Counted from the first letter of the stretch, positions 29,959 to 40,030 are shown. The stretch is DNA of 64,000 bases from Bacteroidota bacterium (GCA_018335675.1 JAGXRQ010000129.1:6253-70252), one strand, 5' to 3'. The notes: a model not told the origin generated them from the letters alone. A program made the numbers and translations.

Positions 29959-32718
29959 TTGCTTACAAGACCGGTTAATAAGTTTTTAGGAGTTTTTTTG
30001 TTTGCTTGCGTCCTGAGTATCCCGTTTTCGTTAGGATTCTCAAAGAATGGAACTGCCAGGCCAGGATTTATTGCAGATTCATTGTTAACAACTTTTCAGG
30101 GATCATATATAGATACCATTCCTTTATTATCTGCGGAAACAGAAATAGACTCAATCATTAATGTTGAATTATCTCCTGAAACTGAGAGGATTACAGGCTC
30201 TGGGGTTATTCTGGAAGATATTGTTATTTATTCTTGCCTGGATTCTATTGATTCTTATTTTACTAGTCAAAAAGTATTTTTGTTTGGCAATGCCGACTTA
30301 AAATATCAGGATATTCATTTAGTTGCTGATTTCATAGAAATTGATTTTGTGAAAAATGAATTGCGGGCTACCGGTTTGCCAGACTCTATGGGTATTGTTA
30401 GGGGCTTGCCTGTATTTAAAGAGGGGGATCAAAGCTTTCAAGCCGAAGAGATTAGGTATAACTTTGAAACTAAGAAGGGCAGAACCCTTAATGTAATAAC
30501 AGAAGAGGCAGATGGCTTTCTTCATGGTGAAGTTGTTAAGATTATGCCTGATAAGATAGTTTATATTGCCGAAGGCAAATTTACAACTTGCGATAAACCT
30601 CATCCTCATTTTCACATAGGATTTAGAAAAGCTAAGGTAATTCCCAAAGATAAAATCGTCACTAGCTTTGCTTTCTTGAAAATTTACGATGTTCCAACAC
30701 CTTTAATAGTCCCTTTTGGATTTTTTCCTAACAGAACAGGTCAAGCCTCCGGTATAATATTACCTTCATACGGAGAATATAGAAATAGAGGCTTCTACCT
30801 TGAAAATGGGGGTTTTTATTGGGGAATTAATGAATATCTTGACCTTTCTTTAAAAGGTAGTATATACTCCAGAGGTGGATGGGGTTTTGATGTAGGAAGC
30901 AGATATAATAAACGATATAAATATAATGGCTCTTTTAGCGTTGCAACTGCAACAACAATAATTGGAGAGGAAAACCTTCCAGGATATGAGAAAAGCAAGG
31001 ATTATAGAGTTATGTGGAGTCATAATCAGGACCCCAAAGCTCGTCCGAATAGTGTATTCCGCGCTAGTGTTAACGCTGGAAGCAGTCAGATGTCGAGATA
31101 TAGCCCAATATCTGATAATGACTATCTGTCAAATACATTTTCATCAAACATTTCTTATTCTGCTACTTGGTCAGGGAAATATAACTTCTCAGCAAACTTA
31201 AGGCATTCTCAAAATACAATTTCAAAAACCGTTGACCTGAGTCTTCCCGAAATTGCATTTAGTGTTAATAGGTTTTATCCTTTAAGAAGAAAAACAGTTG
31301 TTGGTCAGTATAAATGGTATGAAAATATTACAATGAATTACACCTTGAATGCTAGAAATCAGGTTAATACATTAGATTCGCTGCTTTTCAGACAGGAAAC
31401 ATTAAACGAATTTAAAAACGGAATAAGTCATTCAATCCCAATTAGTCATTCAACAAGGGTTTTCAAACATTTTAATTTTAGTAATAGCATAAATTATAAT
31501 GAGAGGTGGTATTTCCAATCAATTGAAAAGAGATGGGATTATGACGATTTGGAAAGTTATTCGGTTGTGAGGGGTGATACTATTTATGGACGTTTAGTTA
31601 CCGACACCATTACTGGATTTAAAGCAGGAAGAGATTTTTATTACAATACATCCTTAAGCACCAAAATATACGGACTTGCCAATTTTAAAAGAAGTGGATT
31701 AAGGGCAATAAGGCATGTTGTATCACCTAGTGTAGGATTCACATATAGGCCGGATTTTTCGACACCCTTTTGGGGCAGTTACAAAACTTTTGACGATCCA
31801 AGGTTTGAACAACCTCAGAAATATTCAATATTCGAACAGGGCATATACGGCTCTCCTCCGGCAAATCAATCGGGGTCTATAAATTTCGCTATTGGTAATA
31901 ATCTGGAAATCAAAGTGAGAAGTAAAAAAGATACTGTTTCCGGTGAAAGAAAAATTGCACTAATTGATAGATTCACCATAGGCTCTTCATACGATTTGGC
32001 TAAAGATTCTGTGAATTTCTCAGACCTTACCATGTCGGGAAGTACAAGATTATTTGGAAATTTTGATATAACTTATGGAAGTAGTTGGACTCCGTATGCT
32101 GTTGATAGCGCTGGAGTTAGTATTAATAAGTTCTTGTGGGAAACGGATAAAAAGCTCTTGCATTTAAAGAATACATCATGGAGCTTAAGCTTCAACTACA
32201 ACTTAAGTTCTGCCGATTTTGGTGGCGCACCATCTGGTAGTCAATCATCAAGAGATAATCAAGGAATTTCTGATCCGGCTTCAAATGATGGCGACACTGA
32301 AAATAGCTCAATGGCTGTAATTCAAACTAGCCCTAATGGGAATTTAAATCAGCATGTAATCGATTACTCAATACCATGGAATCTTAGATTTTCATACAAC
32401 TTCAGATTTGATACCAGGAATTTTATGCATACAGGAGTAACAAACAGGGAGTACATTCAAAGCCTATCATTTTCGGGAGATATAAAATTAACAAGTAAAT
32501 GGAGAATTGGTTTTCAATCAGGATATGATTTTCTAAGAAAAGAACTTACTTACACATCTGTTGATATTTATCGAGATCTTCACTGCTGGGAAATGACATT
32601 TAATTGGATTCCCTTTGGGTTCAGACAAAGCTATAATTTTACTATTAGAGTTAAGGCCGCTGTTTTACAAGACTTAAAACTGTCGAGGAGAACACACCAT
32701 TTGGATAGATATAATTAA
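29959..32718 (+). CDS. Large outer-membrane protein, Bacteroidota LptD-like (putative LPS-assembly protein)
   Basis: 919 aa with a signal sequence. GKFTTCDKPHPHFHIGFRKAKVIP resembles the OstA/LptD region. The long beta-rich C-terminus is typical. TTG start. Confidence 0.65.
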   Translation: MLTRPVNKFLGVFLFACVLSIPFSLGFSKNGTARPGFIADSLLTTFQGSYIDTIPLLSAETEIDSIINVELSPETERITGSGVILEDIVIYSCLDSIDSYFTSQKVFLFGNADLKYQDIHLVADFIEIDFVKNELRATGLPDSMGIVRGLPVFKEGDQSFQAEEIRYNFETKKGRTLNVITEEADGFLHGEVVKIMPDKIVYIAEGKFTTCDKPHPHFHIGFRKAKVIPKDKIVTSFAFLKIYDVPTPLIVPFGFFPNRTGQASGIILPSYGEYRNRGFYLENGGFYWGINEYLDLSLKGSIYSRGGWGFDVGSRYNKRYKYNGSFSVATATTIIGEENLPGYEKSKDYRVMWSHNQDPKARPNSVFRASVNAGSSQMSRYSPISDNDYLSNTFSSNISYSATWSGKYNFSANLRHSQNTISKTVDLSLPEIAFSVNRFYPLRRKTVVGQYKWYENITMNYTLNARNQVNTLDSLLFRQETLNEFKNGISHSIPISHSTRVFKHFNFSNSINYNERWYFQSIEKRWDYDDLESYSVVRGDTIYGRLVTDTITGFKAGRDFYYNTSLSTKIYGLANFKRSGLRAIRHVVSPSVGFTYRPDFSTPFWGSYKTFDDPRFEQPQKYSIFEQGIYGSPPANQSGSINFAIGNNLEIKVRSKKDTVSGERKIALIDRFTIGSSYDLAKDSVNFSDLTMSGSTRLFGNFDITYGSSWTPYAVDSAGVSINKFLWETDKKLLHLKNTSWSLSFNYNLSSADFGGAPSGSQSSRDNQGISDPASNDGDTENSSMAVIQTSPNGNLNQHVIDYSIPWNLRFSYNFRFDTRNFMHTGVTNREYIQSLSFSGDIKLTSKWRIGFQSGYDFLRKELTYTSVDIYRDLHCWEMTFNWIPFGFRQSYNFTIRVKAAVLQDLKLSRRTHHLDRYN

Positions 32719-32760
32719 GTCGGAAGTCGAAAGTTGGAAGTTTTAAGTTTTGAGGGTGAA
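32719..32760. repeat. Degenerate heptamer array (GTCGGAA GTCGAAA GTTGGAA GTTTTAA GTTTTGA GGGTGAA)
   Basis: Six consecutive 7-nt units start on the first base after the stop codon at 32716-32718. Read directly from the sequence. Confidence 0.85.
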
Positions 32761-32939
32761 AAATGGGTAAATAAGAGGATGTTTTTTGGTTGGTTCATAT
32801 ATTTTTGAAATGTTTTAAAAAAATATTAGTGAGTTAAGAAAAAAAATTGAATATTTGCAAAGCGAAAACATAAATTGAAATACATAACAATAAATCGCGT
32901 TTAAACTATCAAAACAATTATTATAAAACATAAAAAAGT

Positions 32940-33521
32940 ATGAAAACTTTATTGCAAATTGGTCTTTATGTGGTAATTATCGTATTAGGTTTTTTTATTT
33001 ATCAGAGTGTAATGGAGCCAATTAGATTTGGACGTGAAGCATCAAAACGCGAAGCCGCCATTATACAAAAATTAAAAGATATACGTTCAATTCAAGTTGC
33101 ACACAGATCCAGGTATGGCAAATTTTTGGGAGACCTTGACTCATTAGTAACATTCGTTAAATTAGATTCTCTTCCTGTTGTTACTGCAATAGGCGCAGTG
33201 CCGGATTCTCTTACAGAAGCACAAGCAGTTAAATTAGGAGTTGTAAGAAGGGATACAACATGGGTGGTTGCCAAAGACAGTTTGTTTAAATCAACAAAAT
33301 ATCCTATAGATTCTATTCCTTATGTACCATACAGCGAAGGGAAAAGATTTAGCCTTGAGGCTGGAACAATAACCCGTGGCCTTGTTACAATTCCTGTGTT
33401 TGAAGCTAAAACAAACGCACCTGATTATATGCAAGGTTTGAAATATAAAATATATTATACCAGAGAAAATCTTAAAGTTGGTTCTATGCAGGAATCTTCT
33501 GTGGATGGTAATTGGGAATAA
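32940..33521 (+). CDS. Membrane-anchored hypothetical protein
   Basis: 193 aa with an N-terminal TM helix (LLQIGLYVVIIVLGFFIY). No motif recognised. Confidence 0.5.
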   Translation: MKTLLQIGLYVVIIVLGFFIYQSVMEPIRFGREASKREAAIIQKLKDIRSIQVAHRSRYGKFLGDLDSLVTFVKLDSLPVVTAIGAVPDSLTEAQAVKLGVVRRDTTWVVAKDSLFKSTKYPIDSIPYVPYSEGKRFSLEAGTITRGLVTIPVFEAKTNAPDYMQGLKYKIYYTRENLKVGSMQESSVDGNWE

Positions 33522-33546
33522 TACCTGAAAATCAATCACTGCACAG

Positions 33547-34407
33547 TTGGACAAAATAGTAAGTATTATTGATAAATCCTTTGTACAGGATTCAACGAAA
33601 AAGAATTTTTTATCCATCGAGCTTATGCCCGATGGATTTTCTTATTGTATTCTTGACACTGAACGTTTTGAATACAAAATTCTTGAATCTTATGCGTTTG
33701 GATATGAGCTCGATCCTGTAAATGCTGCTATGGCTGCAGAGTGCATTATTCAAGACAATGCAATACTTCAAAACCAATTTGAAAGGGTTAGCTTATCCTT
33801 GGTTTCTCAAAACTATACTCTTATTCCTGATAATCTTTTTAGTGATTCTCAAAAGCAGTCATATTTAAGGTTTAATAAAGATTTTGAAAAGTCTGATTAT
33901 GCTGTTAATGCAGATAAATTAAACAACCTTAAAGCTTATAATATTTACCCGGTACACAATGCTATTTCAGAAATGATGTCGAAATTTTATGATGATTATA
34001 GAATTAGACATTATACATCACCTTTAATGGAATCTTTAATGTACCTGTTAGCAACAGGAAGCACCAAGTCAGATGTATTAATAAACGTATATAACGGTTA
34101 TTTCGATATTGTCATAATTCAATCCGGAATTATTAGACTTATCAATACTTTTAAATATGTCACATACGATGACCTTATGTATTATGCTTTCTGGGTAATT
34201 GAAAAACTTGAACTGCAGGCAGACGCCCTAAATTTGCTTATTTCCGGAAATATAAGCATTGAATCATCTTTATATAGAAGCATTAGATTGTATTTTAAGT
34301 CTGTTGAATTTGCATCACGAAACGACTTATATCGATATGCTTATGAGTTTGATGAAATACCTCACCATTATTTTTCCACTTTATTAAATTTGAACGCATG
34401 CGGATAA
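33547..34407 (+). CDS. Hypothetical protein, possibly DUF3822 family
   Basis: 286 aa with a TTG start. LSIELMPDGFSYCILD and its position directly upstream of rsmD recall Bacteroidota DUF3822 proteins. Assignment is from memory only. Confidence 0.45.
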   Translation: MDKIVSIIDKSFVQDSTKKNFLSIELMPDGFSYCILDTERFEYKILESYAFGYELDPVNAAMAAECIIQDNAILQNQFERVSLSLVSQNYTLIPDNLFSDSQKQSYLRFNKDFEKSDYAVNADKLNNLKAYNIYPVHNAISEMMSKFYDDYRIRHYTSPLMESLMYLLATGSTKSDVLINVYNGYFDIVIIQSGIIRLINTFKYVTYDDLMYYAFWVIEKLELQADALNLLISGNISIESSLYRSIRLYFKSVEFASRNDLYRYAYEFDEIPHHYFSTLLNLNACG

Positions 34408-34940
34408 TTGGCGGACGGCTGCAGAGAAGACAATTGCCGGTTAATTCTAGATTGCCGGTTAGGCCAACAACAGATATGGCTAAAGAAGCTTTATTTAGCA
34501 TTCTGAATAATCACTTTGAATTTTCAGAAATCAGTGTTCTTGATTTATTCGCCGGCACAGGAAGCATATCAATTGAATTTGCTTCCAGAGGAGCAATAGA
34601 AGTAATCGCTGTTGATAATAATGTTAAATGCCATGCTCATATTAAAGATATTTCTACTAAATTCGAGGTTGATAATTTGAAAGTAGTAAAAGCTGACGCT
34701 ATTCATTTTTTGGAAATTTGTAAGCAATCATTTAATATTATATTTGCTGATCCACCTTTCGATTTTGAAAATACTCTGAAAGTTGCAGAATTGGTAATGA
34801 ACTCAAATTTGCTTGAAAATGAAGGATGGCTTATTATAGAGCATCCAAAAGAAATAAAAATGAATCATATTCCCGGATTTTTTGATAAAAGAAATTATGG
34901 AAAAGTGAACTTTAGTTTTTTTAAAAAATCAAACATATGA
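34398..34940 (+). CDS. rsmD: 16S rRNA (guanine966-N2)-methyltransferase
   Basis: RIIGG...RPTTDMAKEALFSIL, SAM motif LDLFAGTGS, and the catalytic motif FADPPF. Confidence 0.9.
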   Translation: MRIIGGRLQRRQLPVNSRLPVRPTTDMAKEALFSILNNHFEFSEISVLDLFAGTGSISIEFASRGAIEVIAVDNNVKCHAHIKDISTKFEVDNLKVVKADAIHFLEICKQSFNIIFADPPFDFENTLKVAELVMNSNLLENEGWLIIEHPKEIKMNHIPGFFDKRNYGKVNFSFFKKSNI

Positions 34941-35383
34941 CAATAAGAAGAGGTTCGATTGAAGATATGGCGATAATTGCCGATTTTCAGGTTAAAATGG
35001 CAAAGGAAACTGAAAACATTGATTTGCAACCTGAAGTGACATTAAAAGGAGTTCATTACATATTAAACAATCCCGGATACGGTTTTTACGTTGTTAATGA
35101 AATCGATAATAAAGTAATTAGCTCAATGTTAGTGCTATACGAGTGGAGCGATTGGAGAAATCATAAAATAGTGTGGCTTCATTCGGTTTATGTTTTGCCA
35201 GAATATAGATGTAATGGGTATTTTAAAGAAATGTTTGATTACATCAGAGATTGGGTAAAGATAGACCCAAATATAGGCGGAATGAGACTTTATGTTGACC
35301 GAAATAACAAAGGAGCCCAGAAGCTTTACGAAAAAATAGGTATGAATGCCGACCATTATATTATGTATGAATGGTTCAAATAA
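34937..35383 (+). CDS. GNAT-family N-acetyltransferase
   Basis: 148 aa. YVLPEYRCNGYFKEMF plus GAQKLYEKIGM is the acetyl-CoA binding motif A region. Confidence 0.8.
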   Translation: MTIRRGSIEDMAIIADFQVKMAKETENIDLQPEVTLKGVHYILNNPGYGFYVVNEIDNKVISSMLVLYEWSDWRNHKIVWLHSVYVLPEYRCNGYFKEMFDYIRDWVKIDPNIGGMRLYVDRNNKGAQKLYEKIGMNADHYIMYEWFK

Positions 35384-35399
35384 TCATAAATCTATAATC

Positions 35400-35879
35400 A
35401 TGGAAAAAATTGCATTGTTTCCCGGATCTTTCGACCCTATTACCAAAGGTCACGAGTCTGTTATTAAGAGAGCAGCTCCTTTGTTTGATAAGATTATTGT
35501 GGCTATAGGTATCAATACTGAAAAGAGAGAGTTCTTTACGGTTGAGCAAAGAACTAAATGGTTGAAAGAGGTTTTTAAAGAGCAAAAGAATATTGAAATA
35601 ATGGTTTATGAAGGCTTAACTGTTGACTTTTGCAGAAAAGTGAATGCCCGTTTTCTTCTAAGAGGATTAAGAACTTCTGCTGATTTTGAATTTGAAAGAA
35701 GCATCGGACAAACAAATAAAATACTTTATCCTGAGGTTGAAACTTTATTTCTTTTAACTACACCGGAACATACCGCCCTGAATTCATCTATCGTTAGAGA
35801 TGTCCTGAAAAATGGGGGAGATGTTTCAAGCTTTGTGCCCGACGCCCTCGTAAATGATTTGCAGAAATACAGACACTAA
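35400..35879 (+). CDS. coaD: Phosphopantetheine adenylyltransferase
   Basis: MEKIALFPGSFDPITKGH is the canonical N-terminus. The ORF-track start at 35346 would overlap the GNAT gene. Confidence 0.95.
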   Translation: MEKIALFPGSFDPITKGHESVIKRAAPLFDKIIVAIGINTEKREFFTVEQRTKWLKEVFKEQKNIEIMVYEGLTVDFCRKVNARFLLRGLRTSADFEFERSIGQTNKILYPEVETLFLLTTPEHTALNSSIVRDVLKNGGDVSSFVPDALVNDLQKYRH

Positions 35880-35920
35880 AAGGCTTGATTAAGCGTTTTG
35901 GATATTAAACTAATCTGGCA

Positions 35921-37381
35921 ATGATGTCTTTAAAGAAATTTCTTATATTTTGTTTATTGCTTTGCATATCAGTTACTTCCTTTTCTCAATTTGAAGTAAA
36001 CATTAAAGGCTCATTTCCGGGCGCATCCGGAAAAAAGATAAGGTTGTTTGAATTTTCAGATCAGATTTCTCTAAGGCATAAGTTTATTGATAGTAGCATT
36101 ATTGATAAGAATAATGAGTTTTCTTTTTCATTCACTTCATTTAATCCAAAATATATATTTTTTAGAATAGACCACTCGAGTACAGGATTTTACATAGAAC
36201 CAGGGAAAAACTATGTAATTAATTTTGATTCTGTTGACTTTAAAAATATCGATATTAGAAGAAATCCTTATCTGGAGCCTATTGATTTGTTATTAAAAAT
36301 TAGTTCTTCAGAATCTCCTATATTGAATGAATTGATAGATTCTCTCGAATATATGCTGCAAGGCTTTTTGAACGAAAATCTATCCGCTAATAGAAGAAGA
36401 CAATTAGCTCCTCTGGTAATTAAGTTTAAAGAAAAAACAGACTCTGTATTTCTTGGTATTGATAATTTATACTTTAAGAATTACTATAAGTATTTGCTTG
36501 GAAGATACATGAGAATTGCAAATGCTAAACCTGATTATTTGCTTGGCCTTGAATACTTCTATGATATGGAAGTATTGTATGACAATACTGCATATATGGA
36601 CTTTTTCAATAGTTATTTTGATTCATTTATTTTTACCGGCAGCAAAGGCATTAAAATTCAGGATATTGAATTTACGATTAATGAGTTAGGTAGTTATACT
36701 GCTTTAATGGATTCATTGGGCAAAGATTCACTGCTGCGAAATGAGGTTCTAAGAGAATTAGTATTATTGAAAAGCATGGATAAGTTATATTATAACCGTG
36801 ATTTTAATAGAAACAATATTGAGAAAATACTAAACCAAGTAATTAATCATAGCAAATTCAATAGGCATAAGGAAATTGCAGAAAATATTATTTATTCAAG
36901 GACATATTTAAGGCCTGGTTCTCAAGCACCTGATTTATTTTTAATGGATGGAAAAGAAAACGTTTTTGAATTGAAAGATTTAAATGGAAAGTTTTTATAT
37001 CTGAGTTTTTACACATCCTGGTGCGTTCCCTGTATGGAGGAATTTCCTATTAAGGAAATTCTCTATCAGAAATATGGTGATTTTATTCATTTTGTTTCTG
37101 TATCGGTTGATCGTTATAAAACTCAGTATGAGCAATTTAATCGCAACAATAAGTATTCATGGCAATTCTATCATTTCAAAGATAATTTTGAATTACTAGA
37201 TGATTATCATGTGAGGGCATTCCCATTATTTGTATTGATAAGTCCTGACGGAAAAATAGTAAGTCATACCGCACAGTACCCAAGCCAAATGATACAAGGA
37301 TATTTTGATTACCTTAAGTTTCAGTATTTTAACACAGACAGGGAACAAAGAAGAAAGATATTTGAGGATATCAACAGGTAG
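35921..37381 (+). CDS. TlpA-like thiol-disulfide oxidoreductase with a long N-terminal domain (secreted)
   Basis: Signal peptide. The C-terminal thioredoxin fold carries the WCVPC active site. Confidence 0.75.
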   Translation: MMSLKKFLIFCLLLCISVTSFSQFEVNIKGSFPGASGKKIRLFEFSDQISLRHKFIDSSIIDKNNEFSFSFTSFNPKYIFFRIDHSSTGFYIEPGKNYVINFDSVDFKNIDIRRNPYLEPIDLLLKISSSESPILNELIDSLEYMLQGFLNENLSANRRRQLAPLVIKFKEKTDSVFLGIDNLYFKNYYKYLLGRYMRIANAKPDYLLGLEYFYDMEVLYDNTAYMDFFNSYFDSFIFTGSKGIKIQDIEFTINELGSYTALMDSLGKDSLLRNEVLRELVLLKSMDKLYYNRDFNRNNIEKILNQVINHSKFNRHKEIAENIIYSRTYLRPGSQAPDLFLMDGKENVFELKDLNGKFLYLSFYTSWCVPCMEEFPIKEILYQKYGDFIHFVSVSVDRYKTQYEQFNRNNKYSWQFYHFKDNFELLDDYHVRAFPLFVLISPDGKIVSHTAQYPSQMIQGYFDYLKFQYFNTDREQRRKIFEDINR

Positions 37382-37384
37382 TTT

Positions 37385-38011
37385 TTAACTTTTTATTTTT
37401 AAATAGTTTTCCAGCAAATATTGCAACGAATTATATGTGTAAGGCAAAACGTTAATCATGTCATTTCTACAAATCCATTTTACTTCCTGAATTCCTTCTT
37501 CCAATTGAGGTGTTAATTGTTGGGATTCATTAGCCAACAGTTCATACCACCAGTTTTTTTTCAGAACAAAATCATAACGATTTATGTAAATGTGATATGT
37601 ATGTGCAATGAAACGATTGATGTGTATTGTTTTAAGTCCACATTCCTCCTTTACTTCCCGAATAGCAGCCATTTCAGGAGTCTCACCATTATCGATTTTA
37701 CCTTTAGGCAAATCCCACATATTGTTTCTATAAATAAAAAGTATGTCGTTATTTGAATTCTTAACAATGCCGCCGGCAGCTTCAATTATCCTAAAAAAAC
37801 TCGCAAATTTTAAAAAGAGTCTTTCAGGAATATCTCCAAAAATGTTTAATGAATTGTATTTACTGTCTGTGGAGTACTTTTCAAGAATGTTAAAGAAATC
37901 GTCAAATATACTTTTATCAATGAATAGCGCATCAGAGCAATCAAGATTAGGCTGCTCTGTAGAAAAATTTATTTCCTTATTATTGATAAAAACTTTATAA
38001 ATTTGTTGCAT
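37385..38011 (-). CDS. NUDIX hydrolase with an unknown ~75-aa N-terminal domain
   Basis: Nudix box GKIDNGETPEMAAIREVKEECGL. Confidence 0.8.
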   Translation of the reverse strand: MQQIYKVFINNKEINFSTEQPNLDCSDALFIDKSIFDDFFNILEKYSTDSKYNSLNIFGDIPERLFLKFASFFRIIEAAGGIVKNSNNDILFIYRNNMWDLPKGKIDNGETPEMAAIREVKEECGLKTIHINRFIAHTYHIYINRYDFVLKKNWWYELLANESQQLTPQLEEGIQEVKWICRNDMINVLPYTYNSLQYLLENYLKIKS

Positions 38012-38666
38012 GAGTATATTTAGTGAATTAGAACTACAGACTGCACAATATTTATTGCAAATTAAAGCAATAAAATTAAATGCTCAAAATCCTTTTACTT
38101 GGGCAAGCGGATTAAGGTCGCCAATTTATTGTGACAATAGGAGAATATTATCATTTCCTGAAGTAAGAGATTTTGTATCTGAAGGCATTTCCAAACTCGC
38201 ATTAAAATACTTTGCTGAAGCGGAAGTAATAGCCGGAGTAGCAACGGGTGGAATTGCTCATGGAGTGCTTGTTGCGAAGATTTTGAATAAACCATTTGTA
38301 TATGTAAGAAGCAGTGCAAAAGGTCATGGCCTCCAAAATCTGGTAGAGGGATATCTTGAACCCGGCAAACGTGTTTTAGTAATTGAGGATCTTGTTAGCA
38401 CAGGAGGAAGTAGCCTGGAAGCTGTTAAGGCATTAAGGGAAAACAAGTCTGAAATATTGGGTATGATTGCAGTTTTTACTTATGGACTTCAAGCGGCTAC
38501 TGATAATTTTGAAAAAGCTAATTGCACATTATTTACTTTGAGCAATTATAAAGCCCTTATTCATCAAGCAAAATATTTAGGTATGATAAATGATGAAGAC
38601 GAAAAAGCATTGAATAATTGGAGCGAAAACCCGCAGGAATGGAGCGAAAGATATATTAACAAATAA
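38010..38666 (+). CDS. pyrE: Orotate phosphoribosyltransferase
   Basis: FTWASGLRSPIYCDNR and PRPP motif VLVIEDLVSTGGSS. Confidence 0.93.
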   Translation: MSIFSELELQTAQYLLQIKAIKLNAQNPFTWASGLRSPIYCDNRRILSFPEVRDFVSEGISKLALKYFAEAEVIAGVATGGIAHGVLVAKILNKPFVYVRSSAKGHGLQNLVEGYLEPGKRVLVIEDLVSTGGSSLEAVKALRENKSEILGMIAVFTYGLQAATDNFEKANCTLFTLSNYKALIHQAKYLGMINDEDEKALNNWSENPQEWSERYINK

Positions 38667-38681
38667 TCTAGAGCAAAAAAA

Positions 38682-39092
38682 ATGTCGAAATATACAAGCA
38701 AAAAAACTATTATTTCTGCGCCATGCAGCAAGGTTTATACTTTTCTGTCTGATTTTAATAACTTTGGGAAGTTAATGCCACCTCAAGTAAAAAATTGGAA
38801 ATCAGATGAAGAATCTTGCACTTTCACTATTGATGGTATGGCAGATCTTTCAATGAAAATCCTTAGAAAGTCTGAAAATAAAAGCATAAATATTATCTCA
38901 TTCGGCAAAAATCCGGTAGAGTACACTATGGATATTTTATTTTGGGAAATTAATGATAATAGCTGTGAAGTGTTGATTGAGTTTGACGTTGAACTAAACC
39001 CATTCCTAAAAATGCTTGCCGATAAGCCACTGCAAAATTTTGTTGATATGCTTGCTGAAAAACTTAAAGAACTATTTGAAAAGACTAATTAA
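38682..39092 (+). CDS. SRPBCC (START/polyketide-cyclase-like) family protein
   Basis: 136 aa. The size and N-terminal pattern (ISAPCSKVYTFLSDFNNFGKLMP) are typical. The call is weak. Confidence 0.55.
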   Translation: MSKYTSKKTIISAPCSKVYTFLSDFNNFGKLMPPQVKNWKSDEESCTFTIDGMADLSMKILRKSENKSINIISFGKNPVEYTMDILFWEINDNSCEVLIEFDVELNPFLKMLADKPLQNFVDMLAEKLKELFEKTN

Positions 39093-39847
39093 TAAATCAA
39101 TTCTACTTCCTTAAACGCATACTCTCTAGTTTCTCCAGTGCTTAGCATTAGGCGAAGTTTACCATACTCTGAAATTCCAATTATTTTACCTTCGATAACT
39201 TTTCCATCAGCTTTATAGTCAGCATATTCATTTAATCGGTATAGGTGAGATAAATATTTATTGTCAATTGATTGATAATCAGACTTTATAAGTAAATTAT
39301 ACCATTTTGTTAGCTGTTTGCAAATTTCCTCAGCACATTTATAAATTTCAAGGGTTTTATTTGTAATATTTTTCAGAGAGGTAGGGCTATTTAAGTTGCT
39401 AGGGAAATAATCTTGATTTACATTTAACCCTATTCCTATTACAGTTTCATTTAGGTTATTACCCAAAATAGTGTTTTCTATAAGTATGCCTGCAACTTTC
39501 GAGTTGTTTACTATTATATCGTTTGGCCATTTAACAAAAACCTCATGTTTCTTCTTAAGAAGATTATAAACACTTTCTCTAACAGCTAAGGATATTACTT
39601 TATTTAAGAAAAACTGTTTTTCAGCCTCCAGGAATTTTGGAAATATAACAAAGGAAGCAGTTAAATTTTTTTCAGATTCACTAAACCAAATATTATGTCC
39701 GGCTCCTTTACCTTCCGTTTGATCACTTGTCCATATCATTGTGCCTTCCACTATACTCCTCGATTTAATATTGCGCCAGGCTTCCAGATTGGTTGAATCT
39801 GTTTTAGGAAGATATATTGTTGTTGTACCGAAAGATACTGTCTTCAT
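39089..39847 (-). CDS. birA: Biotin--[acetyl-CoA-carboxylase] ligase (class I, no HTH domain)
   Basis: 252 aa. VKWPNDI motif, a glycine-rich loop (GKGAGHN) and a C-terminal SH3-like domain. Confidence 0.85.
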   Translation of the reverse strand: MKTVSFGTTTIYLPKTDSTNLEAWRNIKSRSIVEGTMIWTSDQTEGKGAGHNIWFSESEKNLTASFVIFPKFLEAEKQFFLNKVISLAVRESVYNLLKKKHEVFVKWPNDIIVNNSKVAGILIENTILGNNLNETVIGIGLNVNQDYFPSNLNSPTSLKNITNKTLEIYKCAEEICKQLTKWYNLLIKSDYQSIDNKYLSHLYRLNEYADYKADGKVIEGKIIGISEYGKLRLMLSTGETREYAFKEVELIY

Positions 39848-40030
39848 TGTTAATTAATTTGTAACGGATTAATGTTAATAAAGTCCTCAAAAATACTTAA
39901 TTTTGCCTGTTATCCGCAAGAAGAAAGTTGATTATTTTGAGTAAAATACGCAAATAGGCTTAAAATATGATTTAATCGAATAAAAGTTCGTATAAAATGG
40001 AATTATAAACAAAGAGTAATAAAAAAATAC

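Noticed and set aside
35346-35399. Longer N-terminal extension of coaD given in the ORF track
   Set aside because: It would overlap the GNAT gene by 38 nt and add 18 non-conserved residues. MEKIALFPGSFDP at 35400 is the canonical CoaD N-terminus.
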